Shown here one piece after another: positions 32,173-33,824 of a DNA stretch of 33,824 bases. The stretch lies in contig JANYBI010000767.1 in NCBI GenBank assembly GCA_025360875.1, positions 1 through 33,824 on the forward strand, given 5' to 3'. The notes under the pieces are model-generated. The model was given only the letters and a program-made list of their open reading frames with translations. It was not told the origin of the DNA and ran no database searches. Origin of the DNA: Lentisphaerota bacterium. Lineage in GTDB: Bacteria; Verrucomicrobiota; Lentisphaeria; Victivallales; GWF2-50-93. Positions within the stretch are counted from its first letter, which is position 1. Each line of letters starts with the position of its first letter. A program made the translations under genes and the position numbers.

Positions 32173-32440
32173 GGGTTGAATCCGGGTTGAAACAAAACTG
32201 TTTTATCACGGAGCGCCCAGAGGCACTATGCGCTCGGGGCAATGTAATACAGGCATACTTCGACAAGCTCAGTACAGGTCTTGCCTGTGTCTTTTGGAAC
32301 GCTGGCGTCCCGCCGGCAATGACATGATGTAGCGTTCGCCGCCTGCCCCGCCGGATGGCTGGGTCTCGGCGAAGAATCTTAATTCTCTTGTCTGTGACGG
32401 ACAAGGGAAATTGATCTCGTCTGGAACAGACGACACTACA

Positions 32441-32470
32441 TCGGGAAAGAAATTACAGGCAAGCGCCTGT
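32441..32470 (-). terminator. Rho-independent terminator candidate for the prepilin-type gene
   Basis: Minus-strand reading: ACAGGC-gctt-GCCTGT (32455..32470) begins 3 nt after the stop and is followed by AATTTCTTT. Further hairpins lie at 32418..32432 (CGTCTG-gaa-CAGACG) and 32387..32405. Confidence 0.45.
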
Positions 32471-32472
32471 CG

Positions 32473-33441
32473 TCAGTCATCCGTCGCGCTTCTGCTGGAA
32501 ATATACCTGACATGGCCGTCAACGTAGAGGCGGTGTACGGCCTTCTTTTCCAGGGCCGGCACCCACCATTGCTCGCCTGCCTGCGGAGCACTTACGAGAT
32601 TGTAATTGCCATGCGGGTCGTGCACGGTACTCTGTGGCCAGGCGATGATGTGGAACATGCGCGGACATGAAAGCAGCACCTGTTTGGAGCCGTCGCTGCC
32701 GAGCAGAGGATCCATCCAGTCCCATAGGTTGTCATACCGCACATGCACACTCCGCGGCCGAAGCGTAGCGAAATGGCTTGGGGCAACATAATTGCTGTCG
32801 CTGTATCCCCAGCTCCAGCCCCAAATATAAGCACGGAAGGAATCGGTACCTGGGCCGGCATACTGGTAGGCGGAACGATATTCGCCACCGACCACGCTGT
32901 CCTTGCCCGTAGGGGAATACCAGCTGCCGTTTGATTCCAGGAGGGGGCTGGTCTCATGCAGCACCTCCTTAGTACAGTATCCGGCGTCAATCATTTTAGT
33001 GTACCAGGAGTAACCGCTGAAACCGTCCGGGGCCTGACCATAATCCGTTGCCAGACCGCTACCTCCGCCGCGCCCTATGTCCCAGGCAGGCTTGGCAACG
33101 TCGAGTCCCCATGGGTTCCAGTCGGGATTGCCCGGAAAGTCGCCGGCGTCGACGGCGTAGCAAAGGACAGCAACTCCACCCTGGCGAATATTGTTCATGC
33201 AGCGTATGCAATTGGCCTTTTCCTTTGCCTGTCTAAGCACGGGCAGAAGCAGGGCTGCGAGGATAGAGATTATCGCAATGACCACAAGCAATTCGATCAA
33301 AGTAAAGAGCTTTGGTCGAATTGGCCTACGTCCCCTAACGGGTAACTTCGGCTGGCACGCCACCAGAAGCTCGATCAAGGTAAAAATTTTTCCTGTGGGA
33401 AAATTTTTATGTGAACGGCAGCTTTCCTTTTTGCAATCCAT
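32473..33441 (-). CDS. Prepilin-type N-terminal cleavage/methylation-domain protein (DUF1559 / H-X9-DG-like pseudopilin class) with a duplicated FTLIELLV motif
   Basis: 322-aa ORF with GGGGGA ~8 nt upstream. [33 protein letters not shown] is the canonical type IV pilin-like hydrophobic N-terminus. The C-terminal [11 protein letters not shown] resembles the conserved ..DGHV tail of the DUF1559/H-X9-DG class, although the His spacing is not canonical. A second, truncated FTLIELLVA lies 26 residues upstream. Confidence 0.85.
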   Translation of the reverse strand: MDCKKESCRSHKNFPTGKIFTLIELLVACQPKLPVRGRRPIRPKLFTLIELLVVIAIISILAALLLPVLRQAKEKANCIRCMNNIRQGGVAVLCYAVDAGDFPGNPDWNPWGLDVAKPAWDIGRGGGSGLATDYGQAPDGFSGYSWYTKMIDAGYCTKEVLHETSPLLESNGSWYSPTGKDSVVGGEYRSAYQYAGPGTDSFRAYIWGWSWGYSDSNYVAPSHFATLRPRSVHVRYDNLWDWMDPLLGSDGSKQVLLSCPRMFHIIAWPQSTVHDPHGNYNLVSAPQAGEQWWVPALEKKAVHRLYVDGHVRYISSRSATDD

Positions 33442-33479
33442 AAAATATCCCCCCGATTGGTTTCTGTAAATAATGCCAT

Positions 33480-33508
33480 AATATCATTTAATATCATGGT
33501 ATTTGCAA
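33480..33508 (-). promoter_or_regulatory. Candidate promoter of the prepilin-type gene (TTGCAA-17 nt-GATATT), overlapping a direct repeat AATATCAT x2
   Basis: Minus-strand -35 TTGCAA (33503..33508), 17-nt spacer, -10 GATATT (33480..33485), ~39 nt before the ATG. On the plus strand, ccatAATATCATttAATATCATgg lies at 33476..33499. Confidence 0.3.
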
Positions 33509-33609
33509 GTTAACATATTATTAAACACAGCGTCAGAAATAATAGCTGATGAGCGTGGGTCAAGCATAAATAAGCAAGCGTTAAGCTGGAGATTTTTCCC
33601 AATAAGTAG

Positions 33610-33653
33610 GGCGGTTTTTAAACCGCCAACCACCCGTCGGGTTAAAACCCGAC
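33610..33653. repeat. Twin 8-bp hairpins GGCGGTTT-tt-AAACCGCC and GTCGGGTT-aa-AACCCGAC separated by aaccaccc
   Basis: Read directly from the sequence (33610..33627 and 33636..33653). Neither strand has a strong U-tract. The function is unknown; REP-like element, terminator and small RNA are all possible. Confidence 0.5.
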
Positions 33654-33824
33654 ATACTTTCAAGTGAATATGGGGTTACGCCCGAATGGCGCTAAGTTAA
33701 GCAAGTTTTGCTGTACCTCTTGATGTGTTGGATTTCCATGAAGACATGTCTTGGAGAGGTCATAAGTTGATAGGGTTTGGGTCTTCTTTTTACCGCTCGT
33801 GGTTCTCTCCTTAAAGGTCTTTCT

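Noticed and set aside
32084-32404. 106-aa minus-strand ORF overlapping the rubrerythrin 3' end
   Set aside because: It overlaps a very confident gene on the opposite strand. The product is Arg-rich nonsense. The downstream 300-nt region seems better explained by hairpins and terminators.
32473-32540. Strict H-X9-DG motif at the C-terminus of the prepilin-type protein
   Set aside because: The tail reads [15 protein letters not shown]. The His is only 4 residues before DG, so the canonical spacing is not met. I keep only the looser DUF1559-like description.
33546-33553. CTGATGAG, the hammerhead ribozyme core motif
   Set aside because: No adjacent helix II followed by GAAA, and I could not build flanking helices I/III. 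It is most likely a chance octamer.

Overview
The window looks like a PVC-type anaerobe (Lentisphaerota, Kiritimatiellota or Verrucomicrobiota). This is inferred from a prepilin-type '[17 protein letters not shown]' protein, a GntR-HTH/LacI-type hybrid regulator, a rubrerythrin and dense CAZyme content. From about 31.2 kb down to position 1, every gene lies on the minus strand, in one roughly 31-kb co-directional carbohydrate-utilisation cluster.

Gene order, reading 31192 down to 1:
- GntR/LacI hybrid regulator
- orphan 681-aa TIM-barrel-like protein
- Gfo/Idh/MocA + aldo-keto reductase fusion
- GH42-like TIM barrel, paralog B
- xylose-isomerase-like TIM barrel
- SGNH esterase
- 1033-aa GH5-like enzyme
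- GH38 alpha-mannosidase
- AGE-family epimerase
- three small AT-rich exported proteins
- 1202-aa secreted 2xLamG + beta-propeller protein
- GH42-like paralog A
- 1052-aa secreted jelly-roll/malectin-like + beta-propeller paralog
- AT-rich ankyrin-repeat lipoprotein
- GH116-like gene truncated by the window edge and absent from the ORF track

The right end carries rubrerythrin on the plus strand and a prepilin-type (DUF1559-like) gene with a duplicated leader motif.

I found no rRNA, tRNA, CRISPR array, transposase or integrase.

Features most worth follow-up:
- two paralog pairs of uncharacterised large proteins: secreted propellers with swapped lectin heads, and cytoplasmic TIM-barrel/GATase-like proteins lacking an obvious NEP motif
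- an oxidoreductase-fusion/TIM-barrel module suggesting an oxidative glycoside-cleavage route
- three low-GC islands of exported proteins embedded in the operon
- a family of long inverted repeats and hairpin-dense intergenic regions

All functional calls rest on motif recognition by eye. No database search was run.
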